A stretch of 64,000 nucleotides of DNA. Origin: Malacoraja senta. Lineage: Eukaryota. Below, one piece after another: positions 53,930-64,000 of this stretch. Positions within the stretch are counted from its first letter, which is position 1; each line of letters opens with the position of its first letter. The stretch covers positions 62,001 to 126,000 of the forward strand of contig JAXLNO010000338.1 in the NCBI GenBank assembly GCA_038087875.1, given 5' to 3'. The position numbers and the translations under genes are program-made. Under the pieces are notes generated by a model that saw only the letters and a list, made by a program, of their open reading frames with translations, was not told the origin of the DNA and did not search any database.

Positions 53930-54864
53930 CTAGTTTAAAGTCTCCCCAGTAGCCTTTGCAGATCTCCCTGCCAGGATATCGGTCCCCCTCAGGTTCAAGT
54001 GCAACCCACCCTTTTTGTACAGGTCGAACCTTCCACAAAAGAGGTCCCAATGATCCAGAAATTTGAATCCCTGCCTTCTGCACCAGTCCTTCAGCCACGC
54101 ATTTATCCTCCACCTCGCTCCATTCCTATTCTCACTGTCGCGTGGCACAGGCAGTAATCCCGAGATTGTTACCTTTGCTGTCCTTCTCTTTAACTCCCCT
54201 CCTAACTCCCTAAATTCTCCTTTCAGGACCTCTTCTCTTTTTTTACCTATGTCATTGGTACCTATATGCATCACGACCTCGGGCTCCTCTCCCTGCCCTT
54301 TCAGGATGTCTTGGACACGTTGAGACACATCACAGACCCTGGCACCAGGGAGGCAAACTACCATCCGGGTCTCCCGACTGCGTCCACAGAATCGCCTGTC
54401 TGACCCCCTAACTATAGAGTCCCCTATCAATATTGCCCTCCTCTTCTTTTCCTTACCCTTCTGAGCAACAGAACCGGTCTCCATACCGGAGGCCCGGCCG
54501 CTGTCGCTACCCCCAGGTAGGCTGTCCACCCCAACAGTGCTCAAACAGGAGTACTTATTGTCAAGGTGTACAGCAACCGGGGTACTCTCTAGTCCCTGCC
54601 TGTGCCCTTGCCTCTCCCAACCGTGATCCACTTGCCTGCCTCCTGTGGTGTTGGAGTGACCACATCCCTGTAACTCCTCTCAATGACTTCCTCGCTCTCC
54701 CTGATCAGACGGAGGTCATCGAGCTGCTGCTCCAGGTTCCTAATACGGTCCATTAGGAGCCCCATCTCGATACACCTGGTGCAGATGTGGTCGTCTGGAG
54801 GGCTATCAGACTCCATGACTTCCCACATCTGACATCCAGAACAGTAAACTGCCCTGGCCCTCAT
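53930..54864 (-). pseudogene. CR1 ORF1 (C4 zinc finger, coiled coil, SGNH esterase), frameshifted near 54610
   Basis: CSGC...CTRC then LEQQLDDLRLI; SGNH blocks IGDSIVRG, LPGA, HIGTND and GGLH, where the usual DGLH has lost its Asp. Confidence 0.9.
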
Positions 54865-54880
54865 ACTCCCCTTACCCTGG

Positions 54881-54920
54881 ATATAATACAAAACAAACTG
54901 ATATAATACAAAACAAGCTG
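54881..54920. repeat. Two 20-bp tandem direct repeats in the CR1 5' UTR
   Basis: ATATAATACAAAACAAACTG followed by ATATAATACAAAACAAGCTG. Confidence 0.85.
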
Positions 54921-55140
54921 CTACAATACAGTACAATCAGCAGGGATCTGACTCCCAATCAGCTGCTCCCTCTTGTCTGCTTCCACCAATCAGCGGCTTC
55001 TCAAACCCACTTGTTTTTGAAGTGGAACTTGGAACGTTACAAGCCCCGCGCTCCTTTTTATCTCCTGCCGCTCCTCCCTCTGCGACCGCTCCAACGGCTC
55101 TCGGGCCTCTGTAGAAGCAAGCTCCTCTTTAACTCCTGCC

Positions 55141-55760
55141 GCGCACCGATCGCCGCCGGCACTCTAAGGCTTCCACACATGCGCACTATGACCGCCAGCA
55201 ATGGTAAAAGCACTTGGCGGCTGCGCAATGAAGTGTGCCGGTTCCCTGCCACTCACACGCATGCGCAGACGCGACCGCCGGCACCCTCACGCTTCCCACG
55301 CGCCTGCACAGTGTCTCTTCTCTCCCCAGTCTGTCTCTTCTTCTCTCTCTCTCTAACATAATATTAACTTCTCTCTCTCTCTCCCTTTCTCTCTAACACA
55401 ATATTTACTTTCTCTCTCTCTTCTTCCTGCCAATTCTTCTTCATAAACTCAGACTCCCCCCCTGTCCCTTCCCTCTCTCTCTCCCTCCCTCTCAGTGTCG
55501 ACCCCAATCCCAGTGTCTCCCCTCTGCTCAGCCCCACTCCCTCCCTCCCTCCCTCCTTCCCTCCCTCCCTCCCTCCCTCCCTCCCTCCCTCCCTCCCTCC
55601 CTCCCTCCCTCCCTCAATCTCTCCACTGTGTCTCTGTCTCACCCAGTCTCTATCTCCCTCCTTCTCAATGCCTCCACCTGTCTCTTCCTCCCTCCCTCCC
55701 TCCCTCCCTCTCTATCTCTCTCTCTCTCTCTCATGAACAGTTTTGAGGGGGTGTAGGGGA
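55141..55760. repeat. Duplicated module, copy A (CpG-rich block, CT/CCCT tract, start of G-rich tract)
   Basis: Colinear, diverged direct repeat of 58767-59360, from GCGCACCGATCGCCGCCGGCAC to TCATGAA...TGAGGGG. Confidence 0.9.
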
Positions 55761-56660
55761 GGTGGAAGGTAGGGGAGGGGGTGTGGGGAGGTGGTGTAGA
55801 GGAGGAGGTGTAGGGGAGGAGGTATAGAGGAGGGGTGTAGAGGAGGGGGTGTGTGGGAGGTGTGGTAGAGGAGGGGGTGTGGGGGAGGAGGTGTAGAGGA
55901 GGGGTGTAGTGGAAGGTTTGTGGGGAGGTGGTGTAGAGCACAAGGTGTAGGGGAGGAGGTGTAGAGGGGGGTGTACAGGAGGGGCTGTGGGGGAGGGGGT
56001 GTAGAGGAGGGGTGTGAGGGAGGGGGTGTAGAGGAGGGGGTGTATGGGAGGAGGTGTAGAGGTGGGGTGCAGAGAAGGGGTGTAGGGGAGGAGGGGTGTA
56101 GAGGAGGGGTGTAGGGGAGGGGGTATAGGGGAGGGGATGCAGAAGAGGAGGTGCAGAGGGGGTGTAGAGAAGGGGGTGTAGAGGAGGAGGTGTAGAGGTG
56201 GAGGTGTAGAGGAGGGTGTGTGCGGGAAGGGGTGTAGAGGAGGGGTGTGGGGGAGGAGGTGTAGAGGAGGGTGTGTGGGGAAGGGGTGTAGAGGAGGGGG
56301 TGTGGGGGAGGGGGTGTAGAGGAGCAGGTGTAGGGGAGGGGTGTGGGGGGAGGGGGGTGTGGAGGACGGGGTGTAGGGGAGGGGGTGTAGGGGAGGGGTG
56401 TGGGGGAGGGGGTGTAGGGGAGGTGGGAAGGGGGTGTAGGGGAGGTGGGGAGGGGGTGTAGGGGAGGTGGGGAGGAGTAGAGGTGATAGAATTGGTGGAC
56501 GTTCCTTTAGGAAAGAGATGGGGAGGAATTTATTTTTCCAGGTGGTGGCGAATCGACGGGAAGGTGGAGAGCAGGGGAGGGGGTGTAGGGGAGGGGGTGT
56601 AGGGGAGGTGGTGTAGGGGAGGAGGTGTAGGGGAGGGGTGTGGGGGAGGGGAGGGGGTTC
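55745..56660 (+). repeat. G-rich low-complexity tract, (GGAGGGGGTGTA)n-like
   Basis: Degenerate units of about 12 nt with dense runs of 3-6 G. Confidence 0.9.
56488..56555 (+). mobile_element. Short degenerate CR1 ORF2 C-terminal fragment
   Basis: Translates RIGGRSFRKEMGRNLFFQVVAN, similar to RIRGESFKTEMRKNVFTQRVVN in the CR1 ORF at 50820-51089. Confidence 0.6.
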
Positions 56661-57093
56661 AGGGATTGAGGGGGAGGGAGGGAGTTTGAAATGATTGAGG
56701 GTGTTTCGGGACGGAAGGTGAGGGAGAGTGAGGGAAAGAGGAGGGAATGAGGGAGGGAGAGGGAGGGAGAGATGGAGGGTGAGGAACAGGGGAGGGAGAG
56801 AGAGAGACAGAGACCAGAGGAGGAATGGAGGCGTTGTTGACGGGTTTTTAAGCAGTTTAGAGGGGGCTTTCAGGGTCTTGAGGGCTTGTGAGGGTTGTTG
56901 ATTGTTTTTTGAAGCGTTGTTGATGGTTTTTTGAGGCGTTGTTGAGGGATGTTGAGCAGTTTGAGTTTTTTTTGCAGTTTTGAGTGGTTTGAGCAGTTTT
57001 CAGGGTTGTTGGGTTTTGCGCGTTGTCGTGGGATTGAGGTTTTGAGGTGTTTTTTTTTAGCTATTTTGAGGGTTGTTGAGGGATTTTTGGGCA

Positions 57094-57293
57094 NNNNNNN
57101 NNNNNNNNNNNNNNNNNNNNNNNNNNNNNNNNNNNNNNNNNNNNNNNNNNNNNNNNNNNNNNNNNNNNNNNNNNNNNNNNNNNNNNNNNNNNNNNNNNNN
57201 NNNNNNNNNNNNNNNNNNNNNNNNNNNNNNNNNNNNNNNNNNNNNNNNNNNNNNNNNNNNNNNNNNNNNNNNNNNNNNNNNNNNNNNNNNNNN
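57094..57293. other. Assembly gap (200 N)
   Basis: Exactly 200 N, consistent with an arbitrary-length scaffolding gap. Confidence 0.99.
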
Positions 57294-58203
57294 GTAGGTG
57301 CGAATATCGCTCACGTTAACGGCCGAAAGGGATGGGTCCTTCCTTACCCAGCACAAATGTCTCGAGCGCTTGGGGGCAGGATACTGGCATGGGCACCGGA
57401 GTCCACCAGGAAACGGTGGCCGGAATGGCGATCGCGGACGAAGAGTCATGCGTTGGGGCCAATCGCGTTCGCCTCTATGGACGATCGGCCCGGGCGTTTC
57501 CCAAAAATGAACAAGAGCTCTGACATCCTTCGAGCTTCGGGTCGATATCGTTGGTGGTAGTAGCACCATCTACGTTGACTGTAGACCACTGGCCGTGACG
57601 ATTCTTCTTCGGCGCTGGGTTAGACTTCCTCCTCTTCTCCTTGATGTCGGCTCGGCTGCACCCATTGTGTGACCAGGGGGCGGGCGAAAGCGGAAACGTC
57701 CCGCCGCCTGTGCGCCCACAGTTCGTCAGCCCTCTCCGCGAGCCATTGCGGGTCGCTGAAATCAGCTCCGGCGAGCATGATCTGGACTTCGTCGGGCATC
57801 TGCTCTAAGAACACTTGTTTGAAAAGCAGGCAAGGGCGTTGCCCGTCCATCAGGGCCACATCTTCGCCATGATGGTTGATGGCCGCCGGTCGCCGATACA
57901 GTCCATGTGCAGCAGCCTTGCTGCTCTGTCTCTTCGGGTAAGGCCATAAGCGTGGAATAACAGGGCCTTCAGCCCCTCGTACTTGCCACTGGACGGAGGG
58001 TCTCTGATGTAGGGCAACAGCCTCGAGGCACAATCCTGCGACAATGCCCCCACCACATGAAAATACATTGTGTTGTCCGTGCCGATACGATGAAGGTGGA
58101 ACTGTGCCTCAACATGGCGAACCACACCTGAGGTTGATCAGGCCAAAAAGCTGGCAGTTCGCCTCGTGCTCGCCGATTCTGCGGGAACACTCTCTTCCTG
58201 CAT
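57294..58203 (-). pseudogene. Second Gypsy family: decayed gag and protease, cut by the gap
   Basis: Gag motifs LPAFWPDQPQVWF, VEAQF, LLFKQVFLEQMP, LAERADELW and WCYYHQRY lie across several frameshifts; protease LFVRDRHSGHRFLVDSGAHASILP at about 57375-57445. Confidence 0.88.
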
Positions 58204-58227
58204 AATTCTTCTTGTCTAATGACGGCT

Positions 58228-58245
58228 ATCACGTCGGGGTCACCA
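58228..58245 (-). promoter_or_regulatory. Primer-binding site complementary to tRNA-Trp
   Basis: The minus strand reads TGGTGACCCCGACGTGAT, an 18-nt match to the vertebrate tRNA-Trp 3' end ATCACGTCGGGGTCACCA as recalled; it lies just upstream of gag. Confidence 0.88.
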
Positions 58246-58246
58246 A

Positions 58247-58455
58247 TTTTAGTGATCTGAGAAACGACTACTGGAGTCTTCACCAGATCTTTATTCAAAA
58301 GTTCGATATCCAGTATACAGGTTCTTCAGACACGTCTGCCCACAACGGTGGTCAGCGCTGAATTAACGTGCGCAAGTGAAAAACCGCGCAAAACAAGCAA
58401 TCCCTCCCGAGTCACGTGACCGCGGTTTCCGAACGCCGGGTTCGATCTCTGCGTA
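58247..58455 (-). repeat. Probable 5' LTR of the tRNA-Trp Gypsy element (outer boundary uncertain)
   Basis: Abuts the PBS; AATAAA on the minus strand at 58290-58295; palindrome GTCACGTGAC at 58411-58420. There are no clean TG/CA termini and no partner LTR in the window. Confidence 0.55.
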
Positions 58456-58612
58456 ATTGGAAGAGAAAAAAAAGTTTATGTAGGAAATATAGAAAGAGTT
58501 TATTTTTCAAATCAAAATTTAAAAAAGGATTTTTTAGAAGAGAGAAAACAGTTTATTTTAGTAATTTTGCTGCTCCATCCATGCTCCACGTTGAATCCAA
58601 CCGTGAAGGCTC

Positions 58613-58743
58613 CTGGGAGTTGTAGTTCTTTTGATCCCTCTCACAATGGAGCGCAACAGACACGGAACTACATCTCCCAGACATTCACCGCGCTCTCCTG
58701 CTCCATGTTGAATCCAACCGTGAAGGCTGCTGGGAGTTGTAGT
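58613..58743. promoter_or_regulatory. Cluster of three ACTACAnnTCCCAG motifs (ZNF143/THAP11-type)
   Basis: CTGGGAGTTGTAGT at 58613-58626 and 58730-58743 (motif on the minus strand) and ACTACATCTCCCAG at 58667-58680 (plus strand). Confidence 0.7.
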
Positions 58744-58766
58744 TTCAATTGTCCCCTCACACACAT

Positions 58767-59429
58767 GCGCACCGATCGCCGCCGGCACCCTAAGGCTTCC
58801 ACACATGCGCACTATGACCGCCGGCAATGGTAAAAGCACTTGGCGGCTGCGCAATGAAGTGCGCCGGTGCCCTGCCACTCCCACGCATGCGCAGGTGCGA
58901 ACCGCCGTCACCCTCAACGCTTCCCACGCGCCTGCGCAGTGTCTCTTCTCTCCCCAGTCTGTTTCTTCTTCTTCTCCCTCTCTAACATAATATTAACTTC
59001 TCTTTCTCTCTCTTTCTCTCTAACACAATATTAACTTTCTCTCTCTCTTTGAAACATAAACTCAGACTCTCCCCTGTCCCTTCTCTCCCTCCCTCACTCT
59101 CAGTGTCGACCCCAATCCCAGTGTCTCCCCTCTCAGCCCCACTCCCTCCCCTCCTCCCTCCCTCCCCGCCCTCCCTCCCCTCCCTCCCTCCCTCCCTCCC
59201 TCCCTCCCTCCTCCCTCCCCTCCCTCCCTCCCTCCCTCCCTCCCTCAATCTATCCCCTGTGACTCTGTCTCCCCCAGTCTCTCTCTCCCTCCTTCACAAT
59301 GTCCCCCTCTGTCCCTCCCTCCCTCTCTCTCATGAAAAGTTATGAGGGGTGTGTAGGGGAGGGGTGTGGGGGAGGATGTGTAGGGGAGGGGTGGGGGAGG
59401 GGTGTGGGGGAGGGGGTAGTAGGGGAGGG
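58767..59429. repeat. Duplicated module, copy B, running into a G-rich tract
   Basis: Diverged direct repeat of 55141-55760. Confidence 0.9.
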
Positions 59430-59645
59430 TGTAAAGGAGCTAAGTCTGACTCACTTGTAGCTTTATTTTACGATTAATAATAAGACAGGTTAAACACTTT
59501 CCCGCACTGACTGCACCCAGTCTATCATCATGCTGGAACCAAGGGAGTCGCACACGGGAGATAGAGTTCTTATACTTGATAACTAAGGCGTGGTTAGTGG
59601 TACCGAGGTAGCTATATTATTGGTTGCATGCATAAACCATCTACA
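59430..59645 (-). repeat. 3' LTR (216 bp)
   Basis: The minus strand reads TGTAGATGGTTTATGCATG...TTTACA; it is preceded by the PPT AAGGGGAAGGA (59646-59656) and has AATAAA at 59462-59467. Its termini resemble the 206-bp LTRs. Confidence 0.85.
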
Positions 59646-59713
59646 TCCTTCCCCTTACAATCAAATGCACATGGAGGCAATCAGGATAGTGCTATTACAA
59701 TAAACGTGCGAAT

Positions 59714-62700
59714 TTAGACAAAGTCGCCGTAACGAACAGGCGGCTTAACAATGCGACCCGAACGCGTACGTACAGCACCTTGCCCCCTCCCATCAGAAAG
59801 AAGAGAAGCCGTAGCGGAGGCAGGCAGGAAAGGCAAGGGAGGGGGAGATGCAGCCAGAGCGGGAGCGGGAGAGATAGGCGGGTAAGGACGTGCAGGAGGT
59901 GACCAGTGGCCGGCCAAGACCAGGAGGCAGCGAAACGGGAGACCGCAATAAGCGAGGGGAACGGGGCATGCATGGAGCAGCAGGGTGATCAGCGGCAGCA
60001 GGTGGAAACGACAACGGAGGAGCATAAGGAGTCGCAGGAGGAGGCTTTGGCTCGTTGACGGCCAACAGGTGCTGACGGCTGCGAGGGTAGGTAGTCCCTT
60101 CGTAATCCACCAGGTACGATCTTGGAGAGTCGTCCACGCCAGTCACCGTCGCGAGGCGGGAATAGCCGGTGGTGGTCCGCATCCGAACGACCTGCCCGGG
60201 TAGCAGATGCAGCAGAGGGCAGCATGACTTGTCGTGGGAACGCCGTTGAACTTTAAAGTTTATGATCGATCCGTCTCTGGAAGGTGGCAGGATCGAACAC
60301 TTTGGGTATCAGGGACTGTTGGGCGATGGGCATGGGTTGTCTTGTCACTCTGGACATCAGACGTTGGGCAGGGGAACCCATAAGCGGGTCCAGTGAAACG
60401 TTACATAAGTTAGTAAGTCTAGGTAAATATCGCTGTTTGACAGGCGGGACCGCTCCAACAGGCCCCTTAGCACTCCGCACGGCCCGTTGGGCCAGGCCGT
60501 TACTCTGAGGGTACTCCAGGCTGCTGGTGTAGTGATGGAAGTTCCACCTTGCAGCGAAAGCTTTGAACTCGGCACTTGTGAATTGTGGACCATTGTCGGT
60601 CTGTAAGCGGACAGGGACGCCGTGGTCGGAGAAATGCTGCCGCATCTTTGCGATGACCCTCCCGGAGGTGGCGGACGGAAGATGGTCAATGTCGAACCAA
60701 TTGGAGAATGAGTCCACCAGGACGAGAAAGAGCTCACCCCGCCATTCGAATATGTCAGCAGCCAGCGATGTCTAAGCCATGGCAGGCGCCGGCTGCTGCA
60801 GAAGAGGTTGACGCTGTTGGTGTGGGGTAAAGTTGTTGCAGGAGGCACAGGAGGACACCCAGTTCCTGATGTAGTTGGCCATGCCAGGCCAGTAGAACTG
60901 TCCTTGGGCAAGAGAAACAGTGGCCTCGACTCCAGGATGACCACCGTGGGCTGCGTTGTAGTATAGATCGTATAGAGAGGCTGGGACCACAACTTTGTGG
61001 CCTTTGACGATAACCCCATCCTGGATCACCAGTTCGTCGCGGACCAGGAAGAACGGTTGTGCGCCCGCTGGCAAATTGGTACGTTTGACAGGCCACCCAC
61101 GCTTGATGATGGCAGCCAGCTGCTGCAGTGCGGGGTCCGCGGCGGTGTGCTCGATCAGGCTCTGTAGCTGCTTGGTTGGAACAAAGTTGACATTAAGCAC
61201 GAGTAGGTTTTCCTGCTCGTAGGGTGGCGGTCACAGGATGCCCGTGGGGCGCGAGTAAGTGTGTCAGCAACATGCATCTCCGTTCCCTTCATGTATGTGA
61301 TTTCAAAATCAAAACGCTGGAGTTGCAGCATCATACGTTGTAATCTGGCAGGGGCCACATGTATAGGTTTGTTAAGAATGATTACCAGTGGCTGGTGGTC
61401 GGTCTCGACTGTGAATCTACAGCCAAAGAGGAAGTCTTTGAATTTGGAACAAGCAAACACCACAGCCAGGAGCTCCTTCTCGATCTGAGCATATCGTTGC
61501 TCCGTGTCGGTCATGGTCCGAGAGGCATACGAGACCGGTAGCAGGGAGCCGTCGCCGTAAAGCTGCAGGCAAGCAGCACCCAGTCCAAAACGAGAGGCAT
61601 CACAGGTGACAACAATGGGACGGCGCAGGTCGAAGAATTTGAGTGTTGGGGTGCTGATCAGCTTAGACTTCAGACATTCGAAAGCCTGCTGGTGTTGTGG
61701 AAACCAGGACCAGGCGATGCCTTTCTTAGTTAGTTGTCTCAGGGATGAGCTCAGCTCACTGAGATTCGGAACAAACTTCCCGAGGTAGTTGACCATGCCC
61801 AGGAATCGTTGTAGACCAAGCCACGTCAGTTGGGGCCTGGCATTTCGGATATAGCGATAGTCTTTTGCGGGTCGGGTTTCAGCCCCTTGGAAGTGAAGAT
61901 GTGCCCGACGTACGGCACCTCTGAGACCCGGAACCGGCATTTATTCTTGTTCAGTTTTAAGTTAATCTGCCGGGCACGGTCCAGGACTTTGCGGAGGTTC
62001 TTATCATGTTCGGCAGCATTCTCCCCATAAACTAGGATGTCGTCAACGATGATGGCGCAAGGCATGTCAGCGAACAGGCTGTTCCATGGTTCGCTGAAAC
62101 ACTTCACTGGCAGAGTTAATACCGAATGGTATTCGTAGAAACTTAAACCTGCCATAAGGAGTGGAAAAAGTTGTCAGGTCGGAGGAGCGCTTATCGAGTG
62201 GTATTTGCCAGAAAGAGCTTTTTGCATCGAGGACAGAAAACACCGTAGCCTGACCGACCTGAGCTGCGACGTCCTCTACGGTTCTCATGGGGTAGTGTGG
62301 CCGCCTAATCGCTAGGTTCAGGTCTTTGGGCTTGATACACACCCGTATCTCGTTTTTGTCCTTTTTCAGGGTAGCAACCATGGTGGAGACCCACTCGGTG
62401 GGCTCGCTCACTGCTTCCAGCACCCCCATTGTAACCATGCTCTTCAGCATCGCTTCCACTTTATCCTTTAAAGCGAGGGATACTCTGTGTGGTGCACGGA
62501 CCACTGGCACCACTTTGGGGTCGGTGACAATCTTGTAGACAAGGGGCAGTTTGCCCAGTTCATTATCAAACAGGTCCGGGTACTCGGATAACGGATCCCA
62601 TTGGCAAACGTATTTCGTGGACAGTACGATCGAAGGACACTAGTCCCAGGTCTTCGCACGCCTGGTTGCCCAACAGAGTCACACAATCAGAATCCAGAAC

Positions 62701-63884
62701 ATAAAACATGAGGGGCCGCGATGACTTCTGCAGCACACAATTAAAAGTAGCCTTTCCCACAGGTTTCAGTACCTCGCCCCCATAGGCACGTAAGGTGGAA
62801 CGGTCTGAAGTCAGTGGTTCATTGTGTCTAATCTTTCGGAACAGGTTTGTTGACATAACATTGACTTTCGCCCCCGCGTCGAGTTTAGCTGTGAACGGAC
62901 AGTTGTTGACGGTAACGAGAACCGATGGATCGGGGAGGCGAGCAGGTGCATGTAGGAGTGTAAATATACTAGCATCTGCTTGAGAACTAATTGCCTCAGA
63001 GTCGTGGGCAGTGTCGAGCGAGGACTGGGAACCAAAATCGCTATCAACTTGTGCTAGGTTGTTTAATACTTGTCTAGGAACAGGTGACAGGTTCCCACGA
63101 GAACGGCAAACCGCCGAGAAGTGATTCAATCTCTTGCAGAAATTGCATGCTTTACCATAAGCCGACCACTGCGATTGCATTGAATGTATATAGTTACAAT
63201 TAGGGCACCTTTTAATCACCCGTCCCCCGGGGCCATAACCTGCCCGCGGCGCGGGTTTAGCGTTATCTATTCTGGGACGTGGTCTGCTGAGACCAGTTAA
63301 ATTGACCGATCGGCCATCAGTGCCCCTTTGTCCGAAACAACGGGTCAACGACTTCAGCCAACCTGCATGCATGCATAGCGTCCGTCAGGGTAAGATCCGG
63401 CCTCCTTAGTAGCTCGGATTGCAGTTTCTGATCCAGCATACCTGTCACTGGTTAGCTGGTCAGTCATGTTTTCAAAACGGCACCGCTGCGCGAGATAGCG
63501 CAGATCCGCAATAAAGCATTCAACAGGTTCGTCGGGCTGTTGCTTTCTCGTGAAAAACTTCGCACGCTCTAAAATACGGTTAGAGGGCAAGTCGCAAATT
63601 TCGGCAAATTTTCGCAATAGACACACTGGGTCGTTAGCAGACTCCGCAGGTACCTGAACCAGGTCGTTCCCATCCTGGACCTCGGGATCATAGGCAAAGG
63701 CTCGCAGTCTCCTCATGGCATCTGGACCCGCAAGGTTCAGTAGGAGAGAAGCTTTAACAATATCAGGATCGTTGCGATGCACGATATTGATGTAATGAGT
63801 GAAGTCCATTTCAAAAGTCGCCCAGCGTTCAGCTATGTCAGCATCAAAGACCAGGGGCGAGGGTTTGCGGCACGAGGATGCCAT
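59714..63884 (-). pseudogene. gag-pol pseudogene with multiple frameshifts and stops
   Basis: Gag with two zinc knuckles (CPNC...H and CNFCKRLNHFSAVC); protease LDAGA (usually DTG); RT motifs LDAKSSFWQI, PFGI and IVDDILV; RNase H TCDASRFGLGA; integrase HGGHPG...CASC, TDNGPQF, SNGLA and C-terminal RTRSGRIVKPPVRY. Confidence 0.95.
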
Positions 63885-64000
63885 AGAGGAGGAGGTGTGG
63901 GGGAGGAGGTGTAGAGGAGGGGGTGTAGGGGAGGGTGTGGGGAGGAGAAAGGTAGGGGAGGAGGAAGGTGGGGGAGGGGGTGTAGAGGAGGAGGAAGGTA
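63885..64000 (+). repeat. G-rich low-complexity tract, same type as 55745-56660 and 59345-59429
   Basis: GGAGGAGGTGTAG-like degenerate units. Confidence 0.9.

Larger units (their letters stand above)
50719..55140 (-). mobile_element. Near full-length decayed CR1-clade LINE (elasmobranch HER1-like 3' tail)
   Basis: The minus strand shows a 5' UTR, zinc-finger plus esterase ORF1, EN-RT ORF2, a 3' stem-loop and a TCTATGTA-like tandem tail at about 50719-50742. The 5' boundary is approximate, set where the duplicated flanking module begins. Confidence 0.92.
59430..63884 (-). mobile_element. Third Gypsy element, related to 35319-44015; decayed, with 5' LTR, PBS and leader missing
   Basis: 3' LTR, PPT and the complete gag-PR-RT-RH-IN domain series are present; the G-rich simple repeat begins immediately upstream of the gag ATG. 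Confidence 0.93.

Noticed and set aside
55364..56461. Pro/Ser-rich and Gly/Glu-rich ORFs (also 58982-59345)
   Set aside because: Translations of low-complexity CT and G-rich repeats.
55745..57093. Telomeric repeat
   Set aside because: G-rich but with no TTAGGG array. The G/T-rich stretch before the gap is irregular and may be low-quality contig end.
56949..57569. ORFs spanning the N run
   Set aside because: Artefacts of translating through an assembly gap.
55141..59360. Module copies A and B as a false haplotypic duplication across the gap
   Set aside because: The copies differ by many substitutions and indels and have different upstream flanks, which favours paralogy; this is not fully excluded without reads.

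Overview
This is eukaryotic repeat-rich DNA with no recognisable host gene. The CR1/HER1-like LINE tail suggests a cartilaginous fish, which is an inference. About 42 kb (1-35318 and 44016-50719) is a tandem array of a CpG-rich 20-bp satellite, consensus close to [T/C]A[A/T][A/T]TCCGGCAAGGTCGCCA, with nested kb-scale duplications and regional subfamilies; the hundreds of ORFs called there are repeat artefacts. An internally deleted Ty3/Gypsy element (35319-44015; 206-bp LTRs, GCCAC target-site duplication, tRNA-Leu PBS, PPT) is inserted in the array. An apparently full-length L1 (35546-41771; 14-bp TSD; ORF2 broken only by one homopolymer frameshift) sits inside that element's primer-binding site. 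The array ends at a near full-length decayed CR1 on the minus strand (about 50719-55140). Beyond it lie a twice-repeated CpG-rich module with CT- and G-rich tracts, a cluster of three ZNF143/THAP11-type ACTACAnnTCCCAG motifs, a 200-N gap, and two further decayed Gypsy elements (one with a tRNA-Trp PBS, one lacking its 5' LTR). I found no evidence for a CRISPR array or any prokaryotic system. The best leads are the L1-in-PBS composite element, the hairpins in the L1 inter-ORF spacer, the YY1/ETS-like motif content of the satellite and the orphan promoter-like module.
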